Part shown: piece by piece, positions 1 through 13,600 of the stretch
How the letters are laid out: every line of letters starts with the position of its first letter
Position numbering within the stretch: position 1 is the stretch's first letter
NCBI GenBank assembly: GCA_051294375.1
Contig: CM119266.1
Span: 3,846,420-3,910,419 of the forward strand
Origin: Paraspadella gotoi
Taxonomy: Eukaryota; Animalia; Chaetognatha
DNA length: 64,000 nt
Direction of reading: 5' to 3'
Notes under the pieces: model-generated
What the model was told of the DNA's origin: nothing
What the model saw: the letters and a program-made list of their open reading frames with translations, nothing else
Database searches by the model: none
Program-made: the position numbers and the translations under genes

Positions 1-40
1 GTCGAAAATTCGTGGCAAAGAGATCATTCCATTGTTGTGG

Positions 41-275
41 TTCCTTGGCACCTTCGCCCCAATTTCCTTGGCACCGCAACCTCCATTCCTTGGAACCGCT
101 ACCTCCTTTCCTCAGCACTGCAACCTCTATTCCTTGGCACCGCAACCTCCATTTCTTGGCACCGCAACCTCGATTCCTTTGAACCGCAACCTCCATTCCT
201 TGGCACCACAAACTCCATTCCTGAGCACTGCAACCCCAAATTCCTTGGCACCGTAACCACCATTACTTGGCACCG
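41..275. repeat. ~22-bp minisatellite (ttccttggcaccgcaacctcca), about 10 degenerate copies
   Basis: Unit recurs directly at ~22-bp spacing and abuts the STPG1-like stop codon. Confidence 0.85.
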
Positions 276-440
276 TCAGATCCATCTCTTCGCTGCATTG
301 AAATGAAAGGATGTCCTCCCAGCGCCGTTAGGGTCATAACTTCCCGGCGCCGGAGAATCTTCGCCGGAAAGGACGACCGGAAGAAGACGCGAAGTCGTTG
401 AGACAAACATCGAAGAGGACATGTACTTTTTGGGGGGATC
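276..440 (-). CDS. STPG1: STPG1-like exon 6 (terminal)
   Basis: Acceptor ttttcag, then DPPKKYMSSSMFVSTTSRLLPVVLSGEDSPAPGSYDPNGAGRTSFHFNAAKRWI*. Confidence 0.88.
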   Translation of the reverse strand, partial: DPPKKYMSSSMFVSTTSRLLPVVLSGEDSPAPGSYDPNGAGRTSFHFNAAKRWI

Positions 441-2040
441 CTGAAAAGGTCGCGGGTTCGAGTCTGAGTAGCTACGGGTTTTTTTTTCTTTTATTTTTTG
501 GCTCATTTTTTGTCTACCAATAAGAATCAATATAAATTATAAATATAAATATAAATTATCCATCCGTTCAACGATAAACTTTCTTTCCTCTGACAGACGG
601 AGCGTTAGGATCTCCTTTAGTCTTACATACAATATATATATATACAATATATATTAACACAACAAAATAATCCAAGTCTGCAACAGATTGTCTCGCTCTT
701 TATCAAAGGTGAAGATAAGTTATTTATTGAATGAATGGATAATTTTAAATTGTTCGCTCGTTCGTTCTTTCTTTCTTTCTTTCTTTTTTTCTTTCTATCT
801 TTCTTTCTTTCTCCCACCCAAATACACTAACCTTAAACTTGACCACATCATATGCCCCAGGTCCGGGTTCCGGTTCCGGTTCCGGCAGCGGCATCGCCGG
901 GGCCGAGATGCAGAGATAATGACGCCGCAGCGGTGGCGCCCCCTTTCCGGCGGCGTGGGTCCCGTCGCCGACGCCATCTCGGCCGGGAACGCCCTTAGCG
1001 CCGACCGCGGAGGCGTGGTAATGGCCCGGTCCGGGTACGGAGCTCTTGGCGGCCACGTCTGGGGCGGCGGGAGGAGGAGGAGGAGGATGGGAGGCGGCGG
1101 CGGCGGCGGCGGCGGCGGCGACGGATGACAGAGAACAGAATGAGAGATGAGAGAAAGAAATATATGAGGTCGAGGGCAGAAAAGGGAAAGTTGAATTAGC
1201 TCTTTCTTTAAGGACCTTTTCTTTTTCTTTTCTTTTCTTTTTTCCTTTTCTTTTCTTTTTCCTTTTCTTTTCTTTTCTTTTATCGCTTTTCTTTTCTTTT
1301 CTTTTCTTTTCTTTACTTTTCCTTTTTTCTCTTCTTTTTCCCTTTTATCTTCTCCCTTTCCTCCTTTTAAAAAGTTTTTTTCCCCTCGTGGGCGTCAACG
1401 TAGGCGTTTCCCCTCATTTGACTTACTTAACCTAACCCCACCCACCACCCCGCCACTCCCCCCCCCTCACCCTACCCTTCGCCCTCACATAACTCACCGC
1501 GCTGACGAGAACTCGTTTAGTTTTCGACTCGAACACCGATCGGTAGGCGTTGTTGTTGTTGTTGTTATTCCCTATGACGTTTTTCCCTTTGATTTCGTCG
1601 TTGTTGTTGTTGTTGTTGTCGTTTTGAAATTGAGTTTTGACGTTGTATGTCCAGGGGGCGGGATTGGCGGCGAGCGGGTGACCGCCTGATTGTTCCGCGC
1701 AGATTCGGGGCAGAGCGGATTTGAAGGCGGCCCTCGCCGCGCCTTAAGTGAAAAGAAGGAGAAAGATCACGATTTGGAATTTAAATGATCTTATATGTTA
1801 CCTATTACATGTTACATGTTACATGTGAGTACAACTAACGGGCGTTTCTCTGGTTCTCTCGGTGATTCTTTAAACGTTACTCGTCGGCGCATTGAGTAAA
1901 ACCTAATACTTAGTTTCACCTAATGTTTCCGAGTTCCATGACAACCCAAGTATAAGTATAAGTATAAGTCTATGGCGACTCTAATTGACCTCAATCAACC
2001 AGATGACCTTCGTCACAAAGGTCCCGTTCACCAAATAACT

Positions 2041-2112
<72 letters not shown>

Positions 2113-2186
2113 GCTGACTTGATCATCTCCTTACATCGTGAAGTTTCTCTCATTCGAATTTCAAGTCGAGAACGGAAAACCGTTTT

Positions 2187-2233
<47 letters not shown>

Positions 2234-5200
2234 TCGACGTCCAAAGTTATTAACTACTTTTTAACCTCGTGTATCTTCTTCAAGTATATCGTCTATATTT
2301 AGCGATCCCTAAGAACCAACTTAATTTCTGACCACAGGATCGACTACTTTCTCCGCAATTTCATTACAAACGACTTTTTTTTAACATCATTAAGACAAAT
2401 TTTTGTTTTAACTTTAAAATCTGACAATTCTTTTTTTTTTTGCAAATTCTTTTTCTTTTTTTTCTTTTCGTTGACAAATTTGGCCATTTCCGTTTTTCCA
2501 TCTTTGGTGACAGATTTAACGATGGCCTCTGAACTAACAAAAAAAAAATTCTGTTCCATAAAGAAAAAAAATTTCTTCAATCTTATTTTTTAGGATTTTT
2601 TCTTTTTTCTTTTTTTTCTTTCCTTTTTTCTTTCCTTCTGGTTTTCTTTCCTCAAATCTGTTTCATATCGTTTCTTCGTTGAAGGAGAAAAATGGAGGAA
2701 GGATAAAGAAATTGGAGGAAAAAGGAAAGAAAGAAACGAAAAAATGGAGGGCGACTAAAGGAAAAGAAAAGGGAGGAAAAAGAAAGAAAAGGAAAGGGAG
2801 AAAAATAGAAAAAAAGAAAAGTGAGGGTTAGGAAAGGGAAGGAAAGGGAAGATAAGGTTAAAGTAAAAAAGGCAAGGGAGGAAAAGGGAGGAAAAAGGAA
2901 AGTAAAAAATAAATGAAGATAAAGGGCGTTAAAATGGGAAGAAAAGAAAAAAAAAGAAAAAAAGGAAAGCTAAAGTGGAGGTTGAAATATTGGAGGCCCA
3001 AAAAAAGGGGAAAATGTTTTTAGCGAAATCGTTTGGAATGAGATCAAGAAATGGCAGAGGGTAAGTGAAAAAGAAGGAAGAAGGATTAAAAGGTGGGGAA
3101 ATAATAATAAAAATTTGAGAAAATGTTAAAAATAAGGAATGGCTCTTTCTAGGTGTTGCGCGCGCATTGAATTTTTATAAGATAAAATTTAAGGTTAGGG
3201 TTAAGGGTAAATAACGAAAGCTTTTCTTAGTGTATACCATATCTGCAATGTATGTATTTTTAAATGATTTAATATTTTATTGAATGTACATTATACTGAT
3301 TTTTTATGCTTATGATTGGATTTGTAGGTAAAGTTATTGTATAAAAAAATTTTGACTTAAGAGTTTAATGATACTATTTTACCCATTTATACCAAATATT
3401 AACGAGAAATTAAATAAGTTAAACAGACTAACAGACTAAACGAAAAGTAAATCCGCGAGTTCCTCCGAGAGTACTCGCTGCGCTGCTAAAAAAAAAAAGC
3501 TTTTGAGATTTGGCAGAAACAGAGAGCTTGCGAGCGCCGCACATAGATTGAAACTACTTTAAATTAAGGGGAGGAAAGATTTGTGCGGCTGAACATTCGT
3601 TGAATCCGTTCGATGCGGTTTTGAGACGGATACTTAAGGGGAGTGGCGGTTGAGAGATTGAGAAAGATTTAAAGTAATTTGACTGCGAAAAAGGGAAAAA
3701 AATCATTCCATCCCCTTAATCCTTTTTTAGATTTATAATATAAGTTATATTCCTTCGTCATTTCATAAAAAAGTTGAACTTTAACGATTCGACGAAATTT
3801 AGCTTACATTTTTTTGGCAATATTATTCAATTTTATCTGCGTAAAAAAGTAAATTCGGATTTGCGCGTTGGCGCTTGACGACGACGATGACGACGACGAC
3901 GAAGATAGCTGACGTCATCATTGCCTTTTTACTTTTAGTTGAGACGAGAGTGACAGATACAGAGACACTCTATAAGTCACTTTTAGGTTGGTCTTTCAAT
4001 TTGACAGGTTTTAAATATATATTAATATAATATTAGGTTATTTTAAATATTATTTATTATATAGGGAGGTCCAGCTTTTTTAGGACTAAATTAAAAAAAT
4101 TGTTTGGATGGGTAAATAATAATAATAATAATGATATGAAAATTAGGACACTTATAAAAAATTATAAAGATATTTCAATTTATTTTAAAAAATTCATTTT
4201 GATAACCATGAGCTTCTCAAAGTATTGAGAGAAAGTGTCAAATGCTTTAGCGACCACACCCGTTGTGAATGCTACCATTCCTGCTACTCCAGCTGCTGTC
4301 AGAAAGTCGACAGTTCTGGAGGGGACGCGTTGGACATTCTATTTCTCTATTTTATAATTTAATTAATTCAGGAGATTGCAATCAGAAAAACTAGTTGTAA
4401 AAAGTCATAAGATACCATTTTATATCTCGATTTTCGCCAAAATGTCTTCAAATTTTGTAAAGAACCGGCGTAAAAAATATGATATATTATTCTTTGTGTT
4501 TTTTCCTTTCTGTTTCGTTGTGATTTGATTTAGAACAAAGTTTGAAGAGAGATTTAACAACGAAATAAAAATCGTTGTTAAATCTCTCTTCAAACTTTGT
4601 TCTAGATATATTATTCAAAAATTATTAATAACAAGAGTTGCCACCAAATTTTCCAGACATTTTTTATATTAATTGAAGGAGAACTTAGCTTAATTTTAAA
4701 ATATAATTTCTTTTTTCATCTATTATAAACAATTTTTGTGCTTGAAGTTGAAGTTGAAGTTAGTTGAAGTTAGTCCCAAAATACTAATCAGGTTTATTAT
4801 CATAAATAACTATTATATATCATTGATTATATTTCATATTTTATGTAATTATATGAAAAAACGATGTAGAAACAATTCTGCGCAACTCATTGAAATTAAT
4901 CTTTCTTGTTTTTAATTAATTCTCTCATTGAATTCGATTTTCATTTTGACATGAAGCCAATTTGTCGAAATTTGAAAATTAAATTTCCGGAGAGAAAATC
5001 TACAATTCAAAAAAAAAATAATAATAAAATCTACATTTTCCAATTACATCAGAGTCAAAACTTGTCCGATCTACAATAATAAAATTGTTGTTGCCTATCA
5101 AAACTGTTTTTTCCTAAATATTTTTCTGAATTGTATTTGGAAAAGGTGGTGAAACATTTAGTAGAATTCAAATCGATATATAAATAAGGGAATGCATGAT

Positions 5201-6817
5201 CTCAAAAAAACATTTTAAAGATAAATAAACTCTTCTGTTTGTCACTTTGACCTTTTTTAAGTTGCAATAATCAATTTATTTTAAGTTTCTCCTCCAACTT
5301 TGAAAATGACAAAAATTTTAAATTTAAAAAAAATTCTTATTTATAAGACCACATCTTAAAGTTAAAATTATTTATTTCTAATCAAAAATTTAATTCATAT
5401 TCTTGCTATTTTCTATGTTCATTTGTTTTTCCGTCCATTCTCCCCCGAGCTGCCATCAAGCGGCCTTTTCCTTCACTCACTTCTCGAGATGTCCTCGACT
5501 TTTTTGACGTTGTAAGCATTGGGGGGGGGCGCCGTCTGCTTGGGCCGCATGGGGTCCAATTGCTTGGTAGCGACTGGCGAGTGAAAGAGACGCGATACTG
5601 GCGCTCGATTAAAGTCGACTCGAGCGCCGCCTATGAGGTCGTAAGAACCGACGCCTGATTGGTAAAAATAAAAATGGTGAATGGAAAGAGGGGAAAGAAA
5701 AAGAGAGACTGACTTTGCAAGGACCTGTCATGTCAATATCAGGTAAGAGTGATGAAGGCCTTAAACCACCAAAGCCTGTCCGAAGTCAGGGGCAAAATAG
5801 CTTATTTATTAAATAAATGGATAATTTTTATATTGCTCGCAGCAATTTCATACATTAGATAACAATCAATTACATTTATTATAGACACATTACACAATGG
5901 TTAAGTATATGTCAAGTTGTAGGCGAACTCTGCCCGCCCTTCTCACTGCACCCAATTCCTTCAGCTCGCCCTTTCTTCCCTTTTGCCCATCTTTCTCTCA
6001 CCTGGCGATTCGATGCCGGGCAAGACCTTTGTCGGGCATCGTCTCTCTTTAGTGGCGAGACCGCCAAGGCCTCGTTTCGAACTCGAGACTTCATTGGGTC
6101 CGATGAGACAAGAGGGAGAGATATAAGATCCGGGACCCGGATGTGCGTTGATCGAATGTGAGGGAAATCGTTTGGATCGAGAATTGAATCCCTACAAAAG
6201 AAAATAAATATTATATATATTGTATACTATTAAATAATATAATATTGTAATATCATATAGGTTTTATCCCAGTTTAGCCTGTCCAAAATCAGGGACAAGA
6301 TAGCTTAATTATTGAATGAATGGATAAATTATATATTGTTTGTATTTCAATTTCAGTCTCCATTTTCGATATTTCATTCCTTCACTTCTAGACTTGAACG
6401 AAATCCTAGAACCGAATCAAATATTAAACTGTTATTTCTCTTTCTTTTGTGGCGAGTCATTAACATACCCGCTTATCATCCATTCGTTTAGGGTTCGATA
6501 CCCGCTTCTAACTTTTTCCTCATGCTAGTGGAATTAGTTATCAGCCCTTTAAGCCCCACTGCTCTACGACAAAGTTGTCCAGCGACCCGGAGAGTTACAG
6601 ACATACTTTCCATAGATATTAGACATTGCCACAATCTTTAATTTTACCTGTCTCAATTTGTTTTCTTTCTCAAACCCATTGGCCAATGGGCAATATCTTT
6701 TGGCCAATCGGCCATACTTTTTAGCCAAAAAGGTTTTTCTCGCGACAAATCGAACACAAAAGAAATCTCCCGACGCTGAGAGAAAGATCCATTCCTCTCT
6801 CTCCTCTCCCTCCCCCT

Positions 6818-6888
<71 letters not shown>

Positions 6889-7139
6889 CCCCCTCCAATT
6901 TCATACGTTGTATCCGTAATCCATCAAACAAGATTTTTTTAGAACCCAATTGAATCTCGGTGAGCGTGAAAGTGACCCGTTACTCACTCTCTCTTTTTGT
7001 TATTCACTCTTCGCTCTCCCCCTCCCTCCCTCTCTCTCTTTCTCTGTCTCACAAACTCCATCCCTCACTCTCTCTCTCGTCTCTCTCTCTCTCTCTTTCT
7101 CTTCTCTTCTCTCTCTCTCTTCTCTCTCTCTCTCTCTCT

Positions 7140-7170
<31 letters not shown>

Positions 7171-7375
7171 CCTCTCTCTCCTCCTCCCGTCCTCTCTCCA
7201 TACCCACCTCCTATTCCCATTCGTTAGAAACGACGGTCACATATTTGGACGGAATTGACGATGTCCGCGCAGAGGGGGCGTGGCCTCCATGAACTCGTCC
7301 GTGACCGATCGACGCGTGAATTCGATCGATGTAATCCTCACTAATGAGTCGAACCGAATCGTGGGCTCGCAGCAT
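276..7375 (-). CDS. STPG1: STPG1/MAPO2-like (O6-methylguanine-induced apoptosis 2; sperm-tail PG-rich repeat protein 1), six coding exons
   Basis: Spliced translation gives SSIPSKY, GFNSRSKRF, PGPGSY, SKRGLGG, AFKS, PAPWTYN, SVFESKTKR, PGPGHY, ISAPAMPLP, PGPGAYDVV, YMSSSMFVSTTSR, PAPGSYDP and SFHFNAAKRWI*. These are collinear with my recall of human STPG1 (SSIP, KKGFNSQAKRF, FSAQPSPLP, PGPGQYEIV, ISSASFVSNTSR, SFLYNEDKKWI). All introns are GT-AG. Several indel errors are present. Confidence 0.88.
832..1058 (-). CDS. STPG1: STPG1-like exon 5
   Basis: Acceptor ccccag, VAAKSSVPGPGHY...RHYLCISAPAMPLPEPEPEPGPGAYDVVKFK, donor gttagt. Confidence 0.88.
1498..1742 (-). CDS. STPG1: STPG1-like exon 4, with poly-Asn insert
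   Basis: Acceptor cttaag, ARAAFKSALPR...NPAPWTYNVK...AYRSVFESKTKR, donor gtgagt; contains indel errors. Confidence 0.8.
4531..4604. other. Perfect 33-bp inverted repeat with 8-nt loop, intronic; mirrored at ~12843-12918
   Basis: tagaacaaagtttgaagagagatttaacaacga - aataaaaa - tcgttgttaaatctctcttcaaactttgttcta. Confidence 0.9.
5481..5654 (-). CDS. STPG1: STPG1-like exon 3
   Basis: Acceptor aatcag, GVGSYDLIGGARVDFNRA...PNAYNVKK, donor gtgagt; contains indel errors. Confidence 0.78.
6002..6191 (-). CDS. STPG1: STPG1-like exon 2
   Basis: Acceptor ttgtag, GFNSRSKRFPSHSINAHPGPGSYISP...SSSKRGLGGLATKERR...IESP, donor gtgaga. Confidence 0.88.
7208..7375 (-). CDS. STPG1: STPG1-like exon 1 (ATG)
   Basis: MLRAHDSVRLISEDYIDRIH...RTSSIPSKYVTVVSNEW, donor gtgggt. 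The in-frame TAG near the end reads GAT AGG AAG in the mirror copy, so it is probably an error. Confidence 0.75.
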
Positions 7376-8724
7376 TCTTTTTTAAGTATCGTACAGTATT
7401 ATTTTTTTTAGTATCGTAAGGATTCCTTTAGTAATGTATGTTATTGTATTATTGCGTATCTCTGGTCTGCGGGCATCGGTCGTTAACCTTCTAGATTTAA
7501 AGTAAGATATTTCAATATTCTTTCTTCTTTTTGATTTAACATCTGTTTTCGATTAATTCATTGTTTCTTTTTGTTTCTTTTTCTCGACATTTCACATGTC
7601 ACTCTGTTTCGACCTTTTCAATTTTTTTCCTTTTTCTTCAATTTTGATAGATCATCTTTTCCATTTTCGAATTATTTTATCCTCCCCTTTTTATTTTATT
7701 TTATTTTATTTTTTNNNNNNNNNNNNNNNNNNNNNNNNNNNNNNNNNNNNNNNNNNNNNNNNNNNNNNNNNNNNNNNNNNNNNNNNNNNNNNNNNNNNNN
7801 NNNNNNNNNNNNNNNNNNNNNNNNNNNNNNNNNNNNNNNNNNNNNNNNNNNNNNNNNNNNNNNNNNNNNNNNNNNNNNNNNNNNNNNNNNNNNNNNNNNN
7901 NNNNNNNNNNNNNNNNNNNNNNNNNNNNNNNNNNNNNNNNNNNNNNNNNNNNNNNNNNNNNNNNNNNNNNNNNNNNNNNNNNNNNNNNNNNNNNNNNNNN
8001 NNNNNNNNNNNNNNNNNNNNNNNNNNNNNNNNNNNNNNNNNNNNNNNNNNNNNNNNNNNNNNNNNNNNNNNNNNNNNNNNNNNNNNNNNNNNNNNNNNNN
8101 NNNNNNNNNNNNNNNNNNNNNNNNNNNNNNNNNNNNNNNNNNNNNNNNNNNNNNNNNNNNNNNNNNNNNNNNNNNNNNNNNNNNNNNNNNNNNNNNNNNN
8201 NNNNNNNNNNNNNNNNNNNNNNNNNNNNNNNNNNNNNNNNNNNNNNNNNNNNNNNNNNNNNNNNNNNNNNNNNNNNNNNNNNNNNNNNNNNNNNNNNNNN
8301 NNNNNNNNNNNNNNNNNNNNNNNNNNNNNNNNNNNNNNNNNNNNNNNNNNNNNNNNNNNNNNNNNNNNNNNNNNNNNNNNNNNNNNNNNNNNNNNNNNNN
8401 NNNNNNNNNNNNNNNNNNNNNNNNNNNNNNNNNNNNNNNNNNNNNNNNNNNNNNNNNNNNNNNNNNNNNNNNNNNNNNNNNNNNNNNNNNNNNNNNNNNN
8501 NNNNNNNNNNCCCATTTTTTTTAACGAATTCGTTTATTCACTTTCATTTCTTAGAAATTCTTAAATTTCCCAGAAATTCTTAAATTTCTGAGATTCAGAA
8601 GCAGACGAAATATATTCGTCGCCGACGAACGAAAAATCGTTTAAACGCAAATGAAGGGAGTCGTCATTATCCCTCAGCGATTTCCTTGAATAAATATGAG
8701 AGAGAGAGAGAGAGAGAGACTTAG

Positions 8725-8817
<93 letters not shown>

Positions 8818-9469
8818 TTATTCAAGGAAATCGCTGAGGGATAATGACGACTCCCTTCATTTGCGTTTAAACGATTTTCGTTCGTCGGCGACGAATATAT
8901 TTCGTCTGCTTCTGAATCTCAGAAATTTAAGAATTTCTGGGAAATTTAAGAATTCTAAGAAATGAAAGTGAATAAACGAATTCGTTAAAAAAAATGGGGA
9001 AAAAAGAAAGAAAAGACAAATTTGAGAAGGACAAGTGAATAAATGAATGAACAAACAATCAATAAATATTAAATTAATAAATACTAAAAAAATAAAATAA
9101 ATAAATAAATAATATTAAATAAAAAGAATAATAACTAAATAAATTTATTTTCAAAATCTATATTTCACATAAACTACATCGGAAAAAAATGTTTAAATAG
9201 TGTTAGTTTAACCCAAGTCCATAAGTTCATAGGTTTCACTACTACTAGTACTAGTAGTAGTATACTACTACTGTTTCTCAATTGATCTGATCAAGGATTA
9301 TAGTCTTTGGTTTCACTATAAGTAATAGTAAATTATGAAATGGAACAAATGGTACAAATCCTTGTAATGGTCTCATCGGAATAGAAAACTCATTAAAATA
9401 AAAAATAGAAAACCGGGGAAGAAAGCGAGAAAAAAACACAAAAACTAATGAATACTTGAAACCTTTCAG

Positions 9470-9631
9470 CGCGCATACCGGGTAATCAGCTCCAGCCGCC
9501 TCAGACGCAGCAGCTCTACCTGAACTCATCCTTGGACTTCGTCGCCAAGGAACCGGCGCAGCTGCCATCGACTCTAGATTCTATACAACTGCATCCAAGC
9601 GAAGAAAAAATTTTTCAAAAACCGATACCAG
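9470..9631 (+). CDS. Putative orphan internal exon (phase 1-1, 162 nt) of unknown product
   Basis: ctaat branch-like motif and ctttcag acceptor; open frame RIPGNQLQPPQTQQLYLNSSLDFVAKEPAQLPSTLDSIQLHPSEEKIFQKPIP; donor CAG|gttcgt; GC-rich island in AT-rich flanks. Confidence 0.4.
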
Positions 9632-10107
9632 GTTCGTCCCCTGTTATATTTAAACTTTTTATTTATTTATTCCGTCACTAAAATTAAAAAAAGTTTTTTT
9701 GACATAAAAAGTTTAATTTCATTTTTCGCTGCCGAAAAAAAAAATAAAAAAATAAAATTAAAAAATAAAAAATAAAAAAAATAAAATAAAATAAAATAAA
9801 AAGGGAGGATAAAAATAATTCGAAAATGGAAAAGATGATCTATCAAATTGAAGAAAAAGGAAAAAAATTTGGAAAAGGTTCGAAACAGTGCATGTGAAAT
9901 GTCAGAAAAGAAACAAAAAGAAACAATGATTAATCGAAACAGATGTTAAATCAAAAAAGAAGAAAGATATTGAAATATCTTACTTTAAAATCTAGAAGGT
10001 TAACGACCGCGGCCCGCAGACCAGAGATACGCAATAATACAATAACATACATTACTAAAGGAACCTTACGTTACTGAAAAAAAAATACTGTACGATACTT
10101 AAAAAGA

Positions 10108-10296
10108 ATGCTCGAGCCCACGATTCGGTTCGACTCATTAGTGAGGATTTACATCGATCGAATTCACGCGTCGATCGGTCACGGACGAGTTCATGGAGGC
10201 CACGCCCCTCTGCGCGACATCGTCAATTCCGTCCAAATATGTGACGTTCGTTCTTAAAATGGGATAGGAAGGTGGGTATGGAGAGAGGAGCGGGGG

Positions 10297-10334
<38 letters not shown>

Positions 10335-10374
10335 GAGAGAGAAGAGAGAGAGAGAGAAGAGAAGAGAGAGAGAG

Positions 10375-10418
<44 letters not shown>

Positions 10419-10610
10419 GGGATGGAGTTTTGAGACAGAGAAAGAGAGAGAGGGAGGAGAGGGGAGAGAGAAGAGTGAATAACAAAAAGAGAGAGTGATA
10501 ACGGAGTCACTTTTCACGCTCCCGAATTCAATTGTTCCCTAAAAAAATCTTGTTTGATGGATTACGGATACAACGAGTATGAAATTGGAGGGGAGAGAGA
10601 GAGAGAGGAG

Positions 10611-10668
<58 letters not shown>

Positions 10669-13600
10669 TTTTCTCTCAGCGTGGAGAGATTTCTTTTGTG
10701 GTTCGATTTGTCGCGAGAAAAAACCTTTGGCTAAAAGTATGCCGATTGCCAAAGATATTGCCCATTGCCAATGGGTTTGAGAAGAAAACAAATTGAGACA
10801 GGTAAAATTAAAGATTGTGCAATGTCTAATATCTATGGAAAGTATGTCTGTAACTCTCCGGTCGCTGGACAACTTTGTCGTAGAGCAGTGGGGCTTAACT
10901 AGGCTGATAACTAATTCCACTAGCATGAGGAAAAAGTTTAGAAGCGGTATCGAACCTAACGAATGGATGATAAGCGGGTATGTTAATGACTCGCCACAAA
11001 GAAAGAGAAATAACAGTTTAATATTTGATTCGGTCTAGGATTTCGTTCAAATACTAGAAGTGAGAATGAAATATCGAAATGGAGACTGAAATTGAAATAC
11101 AAACAATATATAATTTATCATTCATTCAATAATTAAGCTATCTTGTCCTGATTTTGGACAGGCTAAACTGGGATAAAACCTATATGATATTACAATATTA
11201 TATTATTTAATAGTATACAATATATATAATATTTATTTTCTTTTGTAGGGATTCAATCTCGATCCAAACGATTTCCCTCACATTCGATCACGCGCATCCG
11301 GGTCCCGATCTTATATCTTCCCTGCTTGTCTCATCGGACCCATGAAGTCTCGAGTTCGAAAAACGAGGCCTTGGCGGTCTCGCACTAAAGAGAGACGATG
11401 CCCGACAAAGTCTTGCCGGCATCGAATCGCCAGGTGAGAGAAGATGGGCAAAAGGGAAGAAAGGGCGAGCTGAAGAATTGGGTGCAGTGAGAAGGGCGGG
11501 CAGAGTTCCCTACAACTTGAATATACTTAACCATTGTGTAATGTGTCTATAATAAATGTAATTGATTGTTATCTAATGTATGAAATTGCTGCGAGCAATA
11601 TAAAAATTATCCATTTATTTAATTAAATAAGCTATTTTGCCCCTGACTTCGGACAGGCTTTTGGTTGGTTTAAGGCCTTCATTCACTCTACCTGATATTG
11701 ACATGACAGGTCCTTGCAAAGTCAGTCTCTCTTTTTCTTTCCCCTCTTTCCATTCACCATTTTATTTTTACCAATCAGGCGTCGGTTCTTACGACCTCAT
11801 AGGCGGCGCTCGAGTCGACTTTAATCGAGCGCCCAGTATCGCGTCTCTTTCACTCGCCAGTCGCTACCAAGCAATTGGACCCATGCGGACCCAAGCAGAC
11901 GGCCGCCCCCCCCCAATGCTTAACAACGTCAAAAAAGTCCTGAGGACATCTCGAGAAGTGAGCGAAGGAAAAGGCCGCTTTGATGGCAGCTCGGGGCGAA
12001 GAATGGACGGAAAAACAAATGAACATAGAAAATAGCCAAGAATATGAATTAAATTTTTGATTAGAAATAAATAATTTTAACTTTAAGATGTGGTCTTATA
12101 AATAAGAATTTTTTTTAAATTTAAAATTTTTGTCATTTTCAAAGTTGTGAGGAGAAACTTAAAATAAATTGATTATTGCAACTTAAAAAAGGTCAAAGTG
12201 ACAAACAGAAGAGTTTTATTTTATCTTTTAAAATGTTTTTTTGAGATCATGCATTCCCTTATTTATATATCGCATTTGAATTCTACTAAATGTTTCACCA
12301 CCTTTTCCAAATACAATTCAGAAAAATATTTAGGAAAAAACAGTTTTGATAGGCAACAACAATTTTATTATTGTAGATCGGACAAGTTTTGACTCTGATG
12401 TAATTGGAAAATGTAAGATTTTATTATTATTTTTTTTTGAATTGTAGATTTTTCTCTCCGGAAATTTAATTTTCAAATTTCGACAAATGGCTTCATGTCA
12501 AAATGAAAATCGAATTCAATGAGAGAATTAATTAAAACAAGAAAGATTAATTTCAATGAGTTGCGCAGAATTGTTTCTACATCGTTTTTCATATATTACA
12601 TAAAATATGAAATATAATCAATGATATATAATAGTTATTTATGATAATAAACCTGATTAGTATTTTGGGACTAACTTCAACTAACTTCAACTTCAACTTC
12701 AAGCACAAAAAATTGTTTATAATAGATGAAAAAAGAAATTATATTTTAAAATTAAGCTAAGTTCTCCTTCAATTAATATAAAAAATGTCTGGAAAATTTG
12801 GTGGCAACTCTTGTTATTAATAATTTTTTTGAATAATATATCTAGAACAAAGTGTTGAAGAGAGATTTAACAACGATTTTTTATTTCGTTGTTAAATCTC
12901 TCTTCAAACTTTGTTCTAAATCAAATCACAACGAAACAGAAAGGAAAAAACACCAAAGATATATATATCATATTTTTTTACGCCGGTCTTCTTACAAAAT
13001 TTGAAAGACATTTGGCGAAAATCGAGATATAGAAATGGTATTCTTATGACTTTTTACAACTAGTTTTTTCTGATTGCAATCTCCTGAATTAATTAAATTA
13101 TAAAATAGAGAAATAGAATGTCCAACGCGTCCCCTTCCAGAACTGTCGACTTTCTGACAGCAGCTGGAGTAGCAGGAATGGTAGCATTCACAACGGGTGT
13201 GGTCGGCTAAAGCATTTGACACTTTCTCTCAATACTTTGAGAAGCTCATGGTTAATCAAAATGAATTTTTTAAAATAAATTGAAATATCTTTATAATTTT
13301 TTATAAGTTCGTCCTAATTTTCATATCATTATTATTATTATTATTTACCCATCCAAACAATTTTTTAATTTAGTCCTAAAAAAGCTGGACCTCCCTATAT
13401 AATAAATAATATTTAAAATAACCTAATATTATATTAATATATATTTTAAACCTGTCAAATTGAAGACCAACCTAAAAGTGACTTATAGAGTGTCTCTGTA
13501 TCTGTCACTCTCGTCTCAACTAAAGTAAAAAGGCAATGATGACGTCAGCTATCTTCGTCGTCGTCGTCATCGGTCGTCGTCAAGCGCCAACGCGCAAAAT

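Noticed and set aside
7571-8564. ORFs of 250-320 aa spanning N runs (also 19364-20137)
   Set aside because: Open only because of assembly gaps.
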